This document shows, piece after piece, positions 25,241 through 35,308 of a stretch of 64,000 bases of DNA. The stretch is from NCBI GenBank assembly GCA_038246545.1, contig JBBRVW010000018.1:6490-70489 (forward strand), given 5' to 3'. Made by a program: the position numbers and the translations under genes. This stretch comes from Actinomycetes bacterium (GTDB lineage: Bacteria; Actinomycetota; Actinomycetes; JACCUZ01). A model generated the notes under the pieces. The model was not told where the DNA came from, did not search any database, and saw only the letters and a list, made by a program, of their open reading frames with translations. The stretch's first letter is position 1; the number at the start of each line of letters is the position of its first letter.

Positions 25241-27679
25241 CTACTTGCTCGGACCGACCGAGATCGTCATGTACTTGCCACCGGACGCCTGGCCGAGGAC
25301 CTTGATCGCCGTCCCGGTCTTCGGGACGTCGACGCTGGTCCAGCCGACCTGGTACCGGCCCTCGTGCGCCGCCGTGTGCCCGTCGGTCGCGTACCACCAG
25401 GTCTTGGTGTCGTCGAAGGTCGGGACTGCCGGCTTGGATGCGATCGTCGTGGCGACGCTGTCCTTGTGCACAGTGATCGCATCGGTGCGCTCGAGACCGA
25501 AGGTCGAGTCGTACGACTGGATCCGCTGCCGCATGTACTGACCGTCCGAGGCCCAGTGCTCGAACGACGGGTGGGCGTCGACCGGCAGTGCGAGGCCGCC
25601 GCCCGGGTGCTCGCCCACGTTGTTGTTCGAGAAGGACTCGTCCCAGTAGGTCACGAGCATGCCGTTCTGGTACGGGTAGTTCTCGACCCAGTCGGGCTTG
25701 GTGTTGAGGAACCCGAAGTTGTACGCAGTCCTCAGCGACGCGTCGTAGCCGTCGTACTGACGGTTCTCCGCGAGGTAGGCGTTGAAGTGCTGCGTGGTCG
25801 CGTTTCCGGCGTCGAGCGTCGTGAACCCGTTGTAGGTCCACGCTGCCCGGTCGGCGTCGCTCTCGGCGCCGTCCACCGGGTTGCCGGTGATCGCCATGTT
25901 GTCGACGACAGCCCCCTTGCCACCGGTGTTCGCGTCGGTCTCGTAGCGCCACCGCACCAGGGCCGGACCGGAGCCGGGCAGGCTGGCGGTGAGTGTCTCG
26001 TAGACCCCGCCGCTGGAGCCGGCGATGCCGGTGCCGCTGCCGTTGAACGAGCCCTCGTCCGCTGTCGCCGGCTCGGACAGGTTGGTGAGGACCGGCTCCC
26101 AGGTGGTGCCGTTGTCGTGCGAGACCTCGAGGAACACGTAGTCGTAGTGCGGTTCCGTGTCGAACCAGAAGTCCGCCGTGAGCGTCGACCCCGCGGCGTA
26201 GGTCACCGGCTTGGTCATGGTGTGGCTGAAGTTGTCACCCATGCCGCTCCAGTACGCGAAGCCGCCGGTCTTCGGCGCGACGACGAAGGTCTTCTTGTTC
26301 TTGTCCGGCAGGACGACGAACAAGGCTTGGGCCTTCTTCGTGGCGGCGTCGTTCGGGCCGAGCTGGACGGTCTTCTTCTTGTCTCCGGAGTGCACCGTCT
26401 CGTAGAAGCTGCCACCGGGGCAGGTCGGGCAGCCGAGCCAGCCGAGCTGGAACTTCTCCCAGGCACCCAGGTCGGTCGGCGCGTCGCCGATGCCGTCGGG
26501 GCGGCCGTCACCGATGTTGGCGCCGGACGACATCAGCGTCCAGAACGCCGTGCTGTTCTCGGCACCGCCGGTGTTGCCCGAGGTGTCGTAGAGGTCCGGC
26601 AGGCCGAGGTCGTGGCCGAACTCGTGCGCGAAGACACCGAGCCCGCCGTTCTCCGGCTGCATCGTGTAGTCGTAGACCCAGACACCGGTCGGGTTGTTCG
26701 GCACCAGCGAGCTCGACACGAGACCGCCGTTGCTGCCGACGTCGACGCCGACGCCGAACGGGCCACCGGACTGGAGGTTGGCCGCCGAGCGGTGGCTCCA
26801 GATCGCGTCGGTGCCCTGGTTCGGGTCGCCCGCGGCCTCGTCGCCGCCGGCGTGCACGATCTGGAAGTGGTCGATGACCCCGTCGGGCTCGTCAAAGTTT
26901 CCGTTGCCGTTGATGTCGTAGCGGTCCTGCTGGTCGAACGTCTTCAGGTAGGCCGTGATCTGAGGCATGGTCATGCCCGAGTCCAGCTTGCTCTTCACCC
27001 ACATGGCTAGCGCGTCTCGCACGAGCGCCTTGGAGGTGTTGCAGACGATGCTGCCGCAGTAGTCACGGCCGTAGAGCGCCTCGTTGAACGGGACCTTGAC
27101 CCACTCGGTGACGGTGCCGTCGACCGAGTAGCGGCCCGACGACTGGGTCTCGTAGTACTTCTTCATTCGGTTGAAGTACATGTCCTGGTAGTGGGCCTGG
27201 TTGTAGTCCGGCTGCCAGAGCGTGCTGTTGTCGACCGACCGGTCCGGCTCGGGGATCTCGTTGTTCTGCGGTCCTGTGACGTCGGTGGCGCTGCCATCCG
27301 GCGGCGGGCCCTGGAAGATCGGGTTCGGGTACTGGTTGTCGCCGAAGTCGACGAGGACCACGAAGATCTTGTCGGTGCCCTCGTTGGCGAGTTTGACGTA
27401 CTGACCCTTGCCGACCTTGACGACCTTCTGCTGGGCTGCCTTGTCGCCCTTGAGACGCTTCTCGAGGGCGGCCTGACGCTGCTGGTTCTGCTGCTTGGCG
27501 CGCGGGCTCGACAGGTTGTCGGAGAACTTGCCCTTCACGTTCTTGGCGATCTTCTCGGCCGTGGGGGTGGCCGGTGGCGCGGCGGTCGCCGGTGTGGCGG
27601 CGAGCAAGCCGGCGGTGATGAGGCTGCCGGCGGCGAGGGCGGCGAACAGGCCGCGCGTCCTCTTCGTGGGCTCGGACAA
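25241..27679 (-). CDS. secreted M6 family metalloprotease (immune inhibitor A-like), paralog A
   Basis: N-terminal signal peptide (LFAALAAGSLITAGLLAATPATAA), HEFGHDLGLPDLYD zinc-binding HExxH, large C-terminal beta-rich region. Confidence 0.8.
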   Translation of the reverse strand: MSEPTKRTRGLFAALAAGSLITAGLLAATPATAAPPATPTAEKIAKNVKGKFSDNLSSPRAKQQNQQRQAALEKRLKGDKAAQQKVVKVGKGQYVKLANEGTDKIFVVLVDFGDNQYPNPIFQGPPPDGSATDVTGPQNNEIPEPDRSVDNSTLWQPDYNQAHYQDMYFNRMKKYYETQSSGRYSVDGTVTEWVKVPFNEALYGRDYCGSIVCNTSKALVRDALAMWVKSKLDSGMTMPQITAYLKTFDQQDRYDINGNGNFDEPDGVIDHFQIVHAGGDEAAGDPNQGTDAIWSHRSAANLQSGGPFGVGVDVGSNGGLVSSSLVPNNPTGVWVYDYTMQPENGGLGVFAHEFGHDLGLPDLYDTSGNTGGAENSTAFWTLMSSGANIGDGRPDGIGDAPTDLGAWEKFQLGWLGCPTCPGGSFYETVHSGDKKKTVQLGPNDAATKKAQALFVVLPDKNKKTFVVAPKTGGFAYWSGMGDNFSHTMTKPVTYAAGSTLTADFWFDTEPHYDYVFLEVSHDNGTTWEPVLTNLSEPATADEGSFNGSGTGIAGSSGGVYETLTASLPGSGPALVRWRYETDANTGGKGAVVDNMAITGNPVDGAESDADRAAWTYNGFTTLDAGNATTQHFNAYLAENRQYDGYDASLRTAYNFGFLNTKPDWVENYPYQNGMLVTYWDESFSNNNVGEHPGGGLALPVDAHPSFEHWASDGQYMRQRIQSYDSTFGLERTDAITVHKDSVATTIASKPAVPTFDDTKTWWYATDGHTAAHEGRYQVGWTSVDVPKTGTAIKVLGQASGGKYMTISVGPSK

Positions 27680-27877
27680 GGGGTCCCCTTCGTCTGTGGG
27701 CTACGGCACGCCCGACCGGCATGTGACGGTTGTCATCCGGTCGGGCGCTGCACCGTAACCCCCTCCTGGTGGGTCACGGAAGGTGTGGCTACCCCCTTCT
27801 TGCCAGCCCGTTGCTCCGAACGGGTGATCGGCTCACGCTGCGTGACGTCGCGTTGCGGCGTCACGCACCACGCTGGC

Positions 27878-27911
27878 GGAGGGCCCGGCACCTCGCGGGT
27901 CCGGGCCCTCC
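27878..27911 (-). terminator. terminator hairpin 20 nt downstream of M6 protease B stop
   Basis: GGAGGGCCCGG-N12-CCGGGCCCTCC, 11-bp perfect GC-rich inverted repeat. Additional palindromes at 27710..27746 and 27840..27866 in the same spacer. Confidence 0.45.
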
Positions 27912-27931
27912 GTCGTCGTCCTGCGGGCGGC

Positions 27932-30319
27932 TCAGCCGCCGCCGGACTGGGTCACGCCGTTGGCGGTCAACGTGTACGTCGGGTAGGCCGTCGACGTCTC
28001 GGTCGGGTCGTCGGCGGTGACCAGCGCGGCCACCGTCGTCGTACCCCGCTTGTTGCCGACCAGACGGGTGAGGTCGCCGTTGTCCGCGTTGGCGACCCAC
28101 AGGCCCCGGTTGGCGTTGTACCGCAGCGGCAGCGAGCCGACGTAGGCCTTCTTGCCGTCGCCGTAGGCCACCAGCTGCACGGTCCAGCCTGCCACCGGCA
28201 CCGGGTGCGCCTGCGTGAGCGACTGCCACGCCGACAGGTCGGTACCGTCGGAGACCAGCTGGCCGCCGACGGTGACGTTGTCGACCCAGAACCCGTCGCC
28301 GACCGTCGCCGCGTCCGTGATGTAGCGGAACGCGATGTCGATGGACTGGCCGGCGTACTTCGACAGGTCGAACGTCTCGGTGCCGGAGCTCTGGTCGTCG
28401 GTCGTGGTGACGTCGCCGTCCGGGTTGGGCGACGGGCCGTCCAGCCCCGGCAGGTTCGCCACCACGTTGGCAGCCGCAGCCGGGTCGTGCTCGCTGGTGG
28501 TGTTGCTCTCGTTGTCCGGGAGGCTGACCCACTTCTGCTGTGCCGGGTCGTAGACCTGGACGTAGGCGAAGTCCCAGCCCAGCTCGGTGCCCCAGGTGAG
28601 ATCGGCCGACAGGACCGCCTGGCTCGGGTCGGTCGGCACCGTGACCTGCCGGGCGATACCCCGGTCGAGGTCGTCGCCCTGCCCGGAGTACAGCCGGCCG
28701 CCGTCGACGGTCCACTCCACGGGCGCCGGGTCGTAGCTGCCCGCGCCCTGGAAGGTCAGCGCCTCCAGGTCCTTGGCGTTGACGTGGCCGAACCGGTCGC
28801 CCAGCCGGACGTAGTCAGCGCCGTTGGGCGGGGCGCCCGGCGACGAGTAGGCCTGCGGGGTGTCGAAGTTGATGATCGACTTCAGCGTCGGCGCCGTGTA
28901 GTCGCGCTTGTCGCCGCCCTTGAGCCTGGCGCCCTGGTCGATCTGGTAGTCCAGCGCCATCATCGCCTGCCACTGGTGCACGACCTCCTGCGCCGTGATC
29001 CCGCGGTAGCCGAACCGGTTCATCACCGTCTGCAGCCCGACCAGCCCGTTGCCCTGCTCCTTGTGCAGCGCGGACATGAACGCGTCGCCGCCGAACCGCC
29101 CGTGCAGGTACTCCATGATCGAGTACGCCGCGCCGTAGTCGCACAGGATCTCCGGACCACCCTGGTCACCCCACTGGGTCAGCGAGTTCTCCGGGCCGCC
29201 GAAGTTGTCGCCGAGGTAGCCCTGGAAGCAGGAGATGTGCCGGTCGGCAGCGTCAGCCGTCGGGAGGTTGTTCGGGTCGACGTAGCCCACCAGGGTCTGC
29301 GCCCAGTCGGACAGGCCTTCGTTGACCCAGTTGACCTCGTCGGCGTCCTGGTCGTGCTCGAGCAGGTGCTGGTACTCGTGGGCGAAGGTGCCCTCGTACT
29401 GATGCGGCCGAGGAGTCACGCCGGCGGAGTCACAGCCGGTGCCGTTCGGCCGGTCATCGGGCGGGGTGGCCCCGGTGCGGTGCAGCCAGTCGAACGAGTC
29501 GATGTTCATGATGTTGCGATCGAACGTGTCGGCGTACAGCGAGGAGAAGAACCCGGCGATGTAGGTCTGTCCGGCCGGGGTGTTCGGGTCGTAGTAGTTG
29601 TCGTCGCGCACGTTGTCGACCAGGGTGACGACCTTGTCCGCCGGGCCGGCCCAGTAGTCCGCGTCTACACCGAGGATCTCGTTGAACGGCGCGCCGAAGG
29701 TCGGCTGGAGATCGGTGCCCGGCCGCGGCTTCAGCGCCGAGAACGCCTCGGTCTCCTTCGGGTACATGTTCGTGTCGAACTCGGTGATGAAGCTCTGCAC
29801 CTGCGCATCGGTGACCGTGATCTCCTGGCCACCGAACACCGTGTTGCGGCACTCACCGGTCGAGCCGGCCGGGAAGTCCAGTGCCTGCGAGTAGGTGCCG
29901 TCACCGTTGTCGCGCACGGCGACCCAGATCTCGATGTGGTCCCCCACGCCGACCAGCTGGAACGACTTGACGTAGTACCTGCCGAGGGCGTCGTTGAGCG
30001 CGAGCCAGGTCTTCACCGTGCCGACCGGAGGCGACTCGCCGGACGCGGCGGCGGCCATTGCGCGGCGCTGCGACGCCTGTTCCTGGGCGGCCTGCTCCTT
30101 CGCGGAGCTGGGCGGCTGGAGGGTGTCGAGCTTCCCGGACAGCACGTCGGCGGGTGTGCCGACGGGGATGTTCCGGTCCTTGGCGGTCGCCGCGGCGGCT
30201 GCCTTGGCGTCGGCCTTCGTGGGGCCTGCGGTGGTGCCGGCAGACGCTGCGGTGGTGGCCGGTGTCACGGCCATCGCCACTGCTGCTGCCACGGCACACC
30301 ATCGTGTGGTGCGACGCAT
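27932..30319 (-). CDS. secreted M6 family metalloprotease (immune inhibitor A-like), paralog B
   Basis: Signal peptide (MRRTTRWCAVAAAVAMAVTPATTAASA), HEYQHLLEHD zinc-binding motif, same overall architecture as paralog A but highly diverged. Confidence 0.8.
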   Translation of the reverse strand: MRRTTRWCAVAAAVAMAVTPATTAASAGTTAGPTKADAKAAAAATAKDRNIPVGTPADVLSGKLDTLQPPSSAKEQAAQEQASQRRAMAAAASGESPPVGTVKTWLALNDALGRYYVKSFQLVGVGDHIEIWVAVRDNGDGTYSQALDFPAGSTGECRNTVFGGQEITVTDAQVQSFITEFDTNMYPKETEAFSALKPRPGTDLQPTFGAPFNEILGVDADYWAGPADKVVTLVDNVRDDNYYDPNTPAGQTYIAGFFSSLYADTFDRNIMNIDSFDWLHRTGATPPDDRPNGTGCDSAGVTPRPHQYEGTFAHEYQHLLEHDQDADEVNWVNEGLSDWAQTLVGYVDPNNLPTADAADRHISCFQGYLGDNFGGPENSLTQWGDQGGPEILCDYGAAYSIMEYLHGRFGGDAFMSALHKEQGNGLVGLQTVMNRFGYRGITAQEVVHQWQAMMALDYQIDQGARLKGGDKRDYTAPTLKSIINFDTPQAYSSPGAPPNGADYVRLGDRFGHVNAKDLEALTFQGAGSYDPAPVEWTVDGGRLYSGQGDDLDRGIARQVTVPTDPSQAVLSADLTWGTELGWDFAYVQVYDPAQQKWVSLPDNESNTTSEHDPAAAANVVANLPGLDGPSPNPDGDVTTTDDQSSGTETFDLSKYAGQSIDIAFRYITDAATVGDGFWVDNVTVGGQLVSDGTDLSAWQSLTQAHPVPVAGWTVQLVAYGDGKKAYVGSLPLRYNANRGLWVANADNGDLTRLVGNKRGTTTVAALVTADDPTETSTAYPTYTLTANGVTQSGGG

Positions 30320-30641
30320 TCGGTGATCCCCTCGCTGCTGTCGATGAGTGGTGACTCTCCGTGGAGATGGAGAGCTTCCGGCACTCTCATCCGCAAACCC
30401 GCAGTAATCAAGACTTTCGCGGTAATTTTCTGGTGCTTCCGCACCAGAGGGCAGGGCGATGCCGGATCAGCCCGCAGGTCGGCGGGTGCCGCGGGCCAGG
30501 GGGCGGCCGCGGCCACCGGCCTCGGTTTGGCCGGAACCGGGCGGGGTTGCTAACCTGTCCCGTCGCACGCTGTGCGCAGCCGTCGCATGCCCCTCGGGCG
30601 TGGCGGCACCCCCGACCGATCACACTCTTTGAGGCTTCTTC

Positions 30642-30902
30642 GTGGCGAACATCAAGTCCCAGCTCAAGCGGATCAAGACGAACGAGAAGGCGCGGCTGCG
30701 CAACAAGGCCGTCAAGTCCTCCCTCAAGACGTCGGTCCGCAAGTTCCGCGAGGCCGTCGATGCCGGTGACCGCGACACGGCGACCACGCTGCTCGTGACG
30801 GCCGGGCGCCAGCTGGACAAGGCCGCGAGCAAGGGCGTCATCCACAGGAACCAGGCCGCCAACCGCAAGTCGGCGATGGCCAAGCGGGCCGCCTCGCTCT
30901 GA
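30642..30902 (+). CDS. rpsT: 30S ribosomal protein S20
   Basis: [23 protein letters not shown]... GTG start preceded by GAGG. Confidence 0.9.
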   Translation: MANIKSQLKRIKTNEKARLRNKAVKSSLKTSVRKFREAVDAGDRDTATTLLVTAGRQLDKAASKGVIHRNQAANRKSAMAKRAASL

Positions 30903-30930
30903 GCGAGCCCCCCGCAGCACGTCGAGGGCG

Positions 30931-31941
30931 TCACCCCACGGGGTCGGCGCCCTTCGTCGTGCTCCGGCCCGGGGCCGCGCCCTCGCGGGCGTTGACGATG
31001 GCGCCGACGGCGCGCTCGAGCGCGTAGACCGGGTCGGTGCCCCCGCCCTTGATCTGCTCGTCGGCCCTGGCCACGGCGAGGATGCCGGCGGCCACGCCGT
31101 CCGGTGTCCAGCCGGCCAGCTGGCCGCGCGCCTTGCGGACCTGGAACGGCGCCAGCCCGAGGTCGCGGGCGATGTCGTCGGGCCGGGCCGACCGGGAGGC
31201 ACCGGCCACCTTGGCCAGGGTCCGCAGCCCGGCCGCGAACGCGGCGTTGATCGGCACCGGGTCGACCCCGGTGGCCAGCGCGTGACGCAGCAGCCGGAGC
31301 GCCTCCTCGTAGCGGCCCTCGACGGCGGCGTCGGCCACCTTGAAGCCGGTCACCTCGACGCGGCCGGAGTGGTAGCGCTCGACCACCTCGACGTCGACCG
31401 TGCCGGTGGTGTCCGAGACCAGCTGGCTGCACGCCTGCGCGAGCTCCCGGAGGTCGCTCCCGAGGGCGTCGACCAGCGCCACGGCCGCGGCCGGCGCGAC
31501 CCGGCGGCCGGCCGCCTTGAACTCGCCCTGGACGAAGGCGACCTTGTCGCTCTCCCACTTCACCTGCTTGCACTCGACGACGACGGCGCCGGCCTTCTTC
31601 ACCGCGTCGAGCAGTGACTTGCCCTTGACGCCCCCGCCGTGCACCAGCACCAGAACCACGTCGTCGGGCGGGTCGGCGACCGCGTGCCGCAGCTCGTCGG
31701 CGAGCGCCTCGGCGGCCTCCGCGAGGTCCCGGACGACGATGACGGTGGTGCCGCCGAACAGCGACGGGCTCGCCAGCCCGGTGACCCGGCCCGGCTCCAG
31801 CCCGACGGACGACAGGTCGTGGACCTCCGCGTCCGGGTCGGCCGCACGCACCGCGGCGACAACCGTGGCCACCGCCCGGTCGCGCAGCAGGGCCTCGGGG
31901 CCGGCGACGAGGGTGAGGGGGGCGGGGCCGGGAGCGGGCAT
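30931..31941 (-). CDS. holA: DNA polymerase III subunit delta
   Basis: HolA-like. Start is ATG at 31941, or GTG at 31980 which would overlap the comEC 3' end. Confidence 0.75.
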   Translation of the reverse strand: MPAPGPAPLTLVAGPEALLRDRAVATVVAAVRAADPDAEVHDLSSVGLEPGRVTGLASPSLFGGTTVIVVRDLAEAAEALADELRHAVADPPDDVVLVLVHGGGVKGKSLLDAVKKAGAVVVECKQVKWESDKVAFVQGEFKAAGRRVAPAAAVALVDALGSDLRELAQACSQLVSDTTGTVDVEVVERYHSGRVEVTGFKVADAAVEGRYEEALRLLRHALATGVDPVPINAAFAAGLRTLAKVAGASRSARPDDIARDLGLAPFQVRKARGQLAGWTPDGVAAGILAVARADEQIKGGGTDPVYALERAVGAIVNAREGAAPGRSTTKGADPVG

Positions 31942-31969
31942 CGCGGTCAGGCTAGCCGCACCCGACCGT

Positions 31970-34311
31970 TCAGCCGGCACGGACCAGCCTCAGCTGCCGG
32001 CGGTCACCGACGACGAGCAGGGTCCCCTCGCGGTCGGTGCGGCCGACCACGACGCCGCTGCGGCGCAGGGCCAGCATCGTCGACCGGGCGGGGTGGCCGT
32101 AGTCGTTGTCGAAGCCGACGCTGACGACCGCCAGCCGCGGCCGGGCCGCGGCCAGCAGGGCTGGGTCCTGGTAGGCCGAGCCGTGGTGGGCCACCTTCAG
32201 GACGTCGACGGTCCCGAGCGGGTGACCGGCCGCCTGCAGCCCCGCCAGCAGAGCCCGCTGGGCCGGTGGCTCCACGTCGCCGGTGAGCAGCAGCCGCACC
32301 CCGTGGGTGCGGACGAGGAGCACCAGGCTGGCGTTGTTCGGCACCGAGCCCTCGCCGATGACCCGTGACGGCCAGAGGACCTGCCACGACAGCGTCCCGA
32401 CGGTCATCCGCTCCCCCACGACAGCGGTGGTCAGCGGCACCCGCGCCCGGCGGGTCCACCGGTGTACCCGCGCCAGCTCGCCGGCCGGCTCGTCGTAGGT
32501 GCCCGTCACCACCTCCCCACGCTCCGGCCCCGCAGGACGCCGGGAAGGCCCTCGACGTGGTCCGCGTGCAGGTGGGTGAGGAGCACCATCGCGACGCGCC
32601 GCACGCCCAACCCTCGCAGGCAACGGTCGACGGCGCGCGGGTCGGGACCCGCGTCGACGACGACAGCCGCGCCGGCGCCGGACGCAAGGACGAGGGCGTC
32701 GCCCTGACCCACGTCGCACACCGCGAGCAGCCAGCCGCGCGGCGGCCAGCCCGGTGAGGCAGCGGCCGCCGCGAGGCCCACGGCCACCACGACCACCACC
32801 CCGGCTGCGACGGCGGGCCGACGTCCGAGACCGCGGGCGACGAGGACCGCTGCACCGGTTGCCACTGCCAGCACCAAGGCCCCAGTGACCGAGCCGGGCC
32901 AGGGCACGGCTGCGTCCGGGACGGCAGCCGCGCGGTGGGCGACCGCGGCGATCCATGCGACGGGCAGCTCGGCGACCCGCGCCAGGACCTCGGCTGCCGG
33001 CGGGCTGACCGGGGCCACGGCGGCAGCCAGCACCCCGAGCACCGTGGCCGGAGCCACCGCCGGCGCCGCCAGCAGGTTCGCCGGCACCGCGACGAGGCTG
33101 ACCTGCCCGCTCAGCAGCACGATCACCGGCGCGCACAGCAGCTGCGCGGCCATAGCCACCGCCAGGGCCTCGGCGACCGGCCGCGGCAGCCCGCAGGCCC
33201 GCCAGGCCGCCGCCCACGCCGGGGCGAGCAGCACCAGTCCGGCCGTCGCCAGGGCGGACAGCACGAAGCCGTAGGAGCGCGCCAGCCACGGGTCTGCCAG
33301 CAGGAGCACAGCCACCGCCGCACCGAGCGCGCCAAGCCCCCGACGCCGCCGTCCGGTCGCCAGCGCCAGCAGGCCGACGCCACCCATGACGGCCGCCCGC
33401 AGGACCGACGGCTGGGGACGGGCCAGCACGACGAAGCCGACGACAGCCAGCGCCGCGGCGGCCGGCAGCACCCGCCCCCGCAGCCCGACCCAGCGACCGG
33501 CGAGCAGGACGAAGGAGGCGACCACCGCCACGTTCGAGCCCGACACCGCCACCAGGTGCGTCATGCCTGACGTGCGCAGGTCGGCGTCCAGCGCGGCCGT
33601 CACCCGCGACGTGTCGCCCACGACCAGTCCGGGCAGCAGCCCGCGCGGGTCGCGCGCCAGTCCGTCGGCCGCATCGCGCAGCCCGGCCCGCAGCCGCCCC
33701 GCGGCGCGCTGCACCGCCGGCGGTCGGCCGTGCAGCTCCGGTGGCCCGCGGACCACCACGACCGCCGCCTCGCCGTGCCCGGCGCGGGGCTGTCCGAGCC
33801 GGCCGGACCAGGAGACCGCCTGCCCGGGCAGCAGTCCCCGCCACCGGAGGTCGCGCGCCAGCAGCACCACGGCAACCCGGGTGCGGAACCCCCCGCCGCG
33901 CGCACGGACCGATGTCACTCGTGCGGGGACCACGACAAGATCGCCGGCCCGGTGGTCGCCTCGCGTGCCGCCGTGCCGGACGGCCGGGTCGCCGGTCACG
34001 GTCCCGGCCAGCTCGGCGGTCGCGCCGTCGGCGGCGAGCGCGGCCAGCCCGCTGCCGGCGACCGCGGCGACGTGGAGGCCCGCCACACCAGCGCCGCCCG
34101 CGAGGCACAGCAGCCCCGCCACGGCCACTGCCGCGACCCGGCGGCCCAGCACCCACCCGACGGCCAGGGCAGCCGCGAGCGCGACGACCGGCGCGAGCAC
34201 CCAGAGCGGCCGCCCGCCGGTGACCGTGAAGGCGCCGACCCAGACCGCGACGGCCGGGACCACCAGCCTCGCGTCGGTGCGCACGCCCTCGGGCCGACCG
34301 GCCGTGGTCAC
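31970..34311 (-). pseudogene. comEC: DNA internalization competence protein ComEC/Rec2, apparently frameshifted
   Basis: N-terminal 601-aa reading frame (competence domain, start of metallo-beta-lactamase domain LLTHLHADHVEGL) stops at 32506. The metallo-beta-lactamase domain continues in another frame (VTGTYDEPAGEL...VLKVAHHGS...) to 31970. One indel near 32490..32530 would fuse them into an about 776-aa ComEC. Confidence 0.6.
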
Positions 34312-35156
34312 AGCGTCACCAGCGGACGCAGGTCGGACAGCGTCGCCTCGCCGATGCCCGACACCTCGCCCAGCTCGTCGACGGCGGAGAACCGGCCGTG
34401 CGCGGTGCGCCAGTCGAGCACCCGCTGCGCGAGCACCGGCCCGATCCCCGGCAGCCCGTCGAGCGCCTCGAGAGTCGCCCCGTTGAGGTCGACCGGCGCG
34501 CTCGGCCCGGGTACCGCAGCCGCGGCGCCCGCGACGGGTGCGGCGATCACCGCCGGCCCCGTGCCGCGGCGCTGAACCACCACCTGCTCGCCGTCGACCA
34601 GCGGGCGGGCCAGGTTGACGCTGGCGGTACGCGCCCGGTCGGTGGCTCCACCGGCGGCGCGCACCGCGTCGGCGACGCGGGAACCGGCGGCAAGCCGCAC
34701 CAGCCCCGGGTGACGGACCGCCCCGACGACGTGCACGACCACCTCGGGCTGGTCACCGGCCGCGACCGTCGCGTTCGGTGGACTGCTCGCGACTGCGTCC
34801 GCCCCCGCGCTGGACGGCGCCTCGCGCTGCACCCTCGGTGCGGCCTGGGCGGCCGGCTGGGCCCGCCACACCACCACCAGGGCCACCAGCACCGCGACGA
34901 CCACGACGAGGACGAGGCCGGTGACGGCCCGGCGGCTCGGCACGAGCGCGGGGACCGTGCGCTGCCGGGTCGCCGGGTCCGGCGGGCGGGTGGGCACCCA
35001 GCCGACCGGCTGCTCCGGAACGGCCGGCAGGGGCGGCACGGTGGTGGGGGCTCGCTCAGCCACCGCACCAGGGCGAGGAGCCAACCGGGCCAGCAGGCGT
35101 TCCCCCGCGAGGGAGGACTGGTCGGGGCGGCGGTGCCGTGCACGTCGGGAGCTCAC
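34308..35156 (-). CDS. comEA: competence protein ComEA (helix-hairpin-helix DNA-binding)
   Basis: C-terminal tandem helix-hairpin-helix (VDLNGATLEALDGLPGIGPVLAQRVLDWR). GTG at 35156 with a GAGG Shine-Dalgarno sequence. Stop overlaps comEC start (GTGA). Confidence 0.75.
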   Translation of the reverse strand: MSSRRARHRRPDQSSLAGERLLARLAPRPGAVAERAPTTVPPLPAVPEQPVGWVPTRPPDPATRQRTVPALVPSRRAVTGLVLVVVVAVLVALVVVWRAQPAAQAAPRVQREAPSSAGADAVASSPPNATVAAGDQPEVVVHVVGAVRHPGLVRLAAGSRVADAVRAAGGATDRARTASVNLARPLVDGEQVVVQRRGTGPAVIAAPVAGAAAAVPGPSAPVDLNGATLEALDGLPGIGPVLAQRVLDWRTAHGRFSAVDELGEVSGIGEATLSDLRPLVTL

Positions 35157-35308
35157 GACCTCGACGTTAGGAAGCCGGCACCCCCCAGCGGGGTTCCGGC
35201 GGCCGATCGGTGGACACCCCACCGCCTGTGGACGACCGGCGCCGCGCCGCCGACCGGGCGACGGTCAGCCGGTGCCCGTCGGGCGTCGGTCGGGCGTCAG
35301 TCGGGCGG

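Noticed and set aside
31970-34311. Treating the two comEC reading frames as two separate genes
   Set aside because: The split falls inside a single conserved metallo-beta-lactamase domain. The two pieces add up to a normal-length ComEC, so a frameshift (real or artefactual) is more parsimonious.
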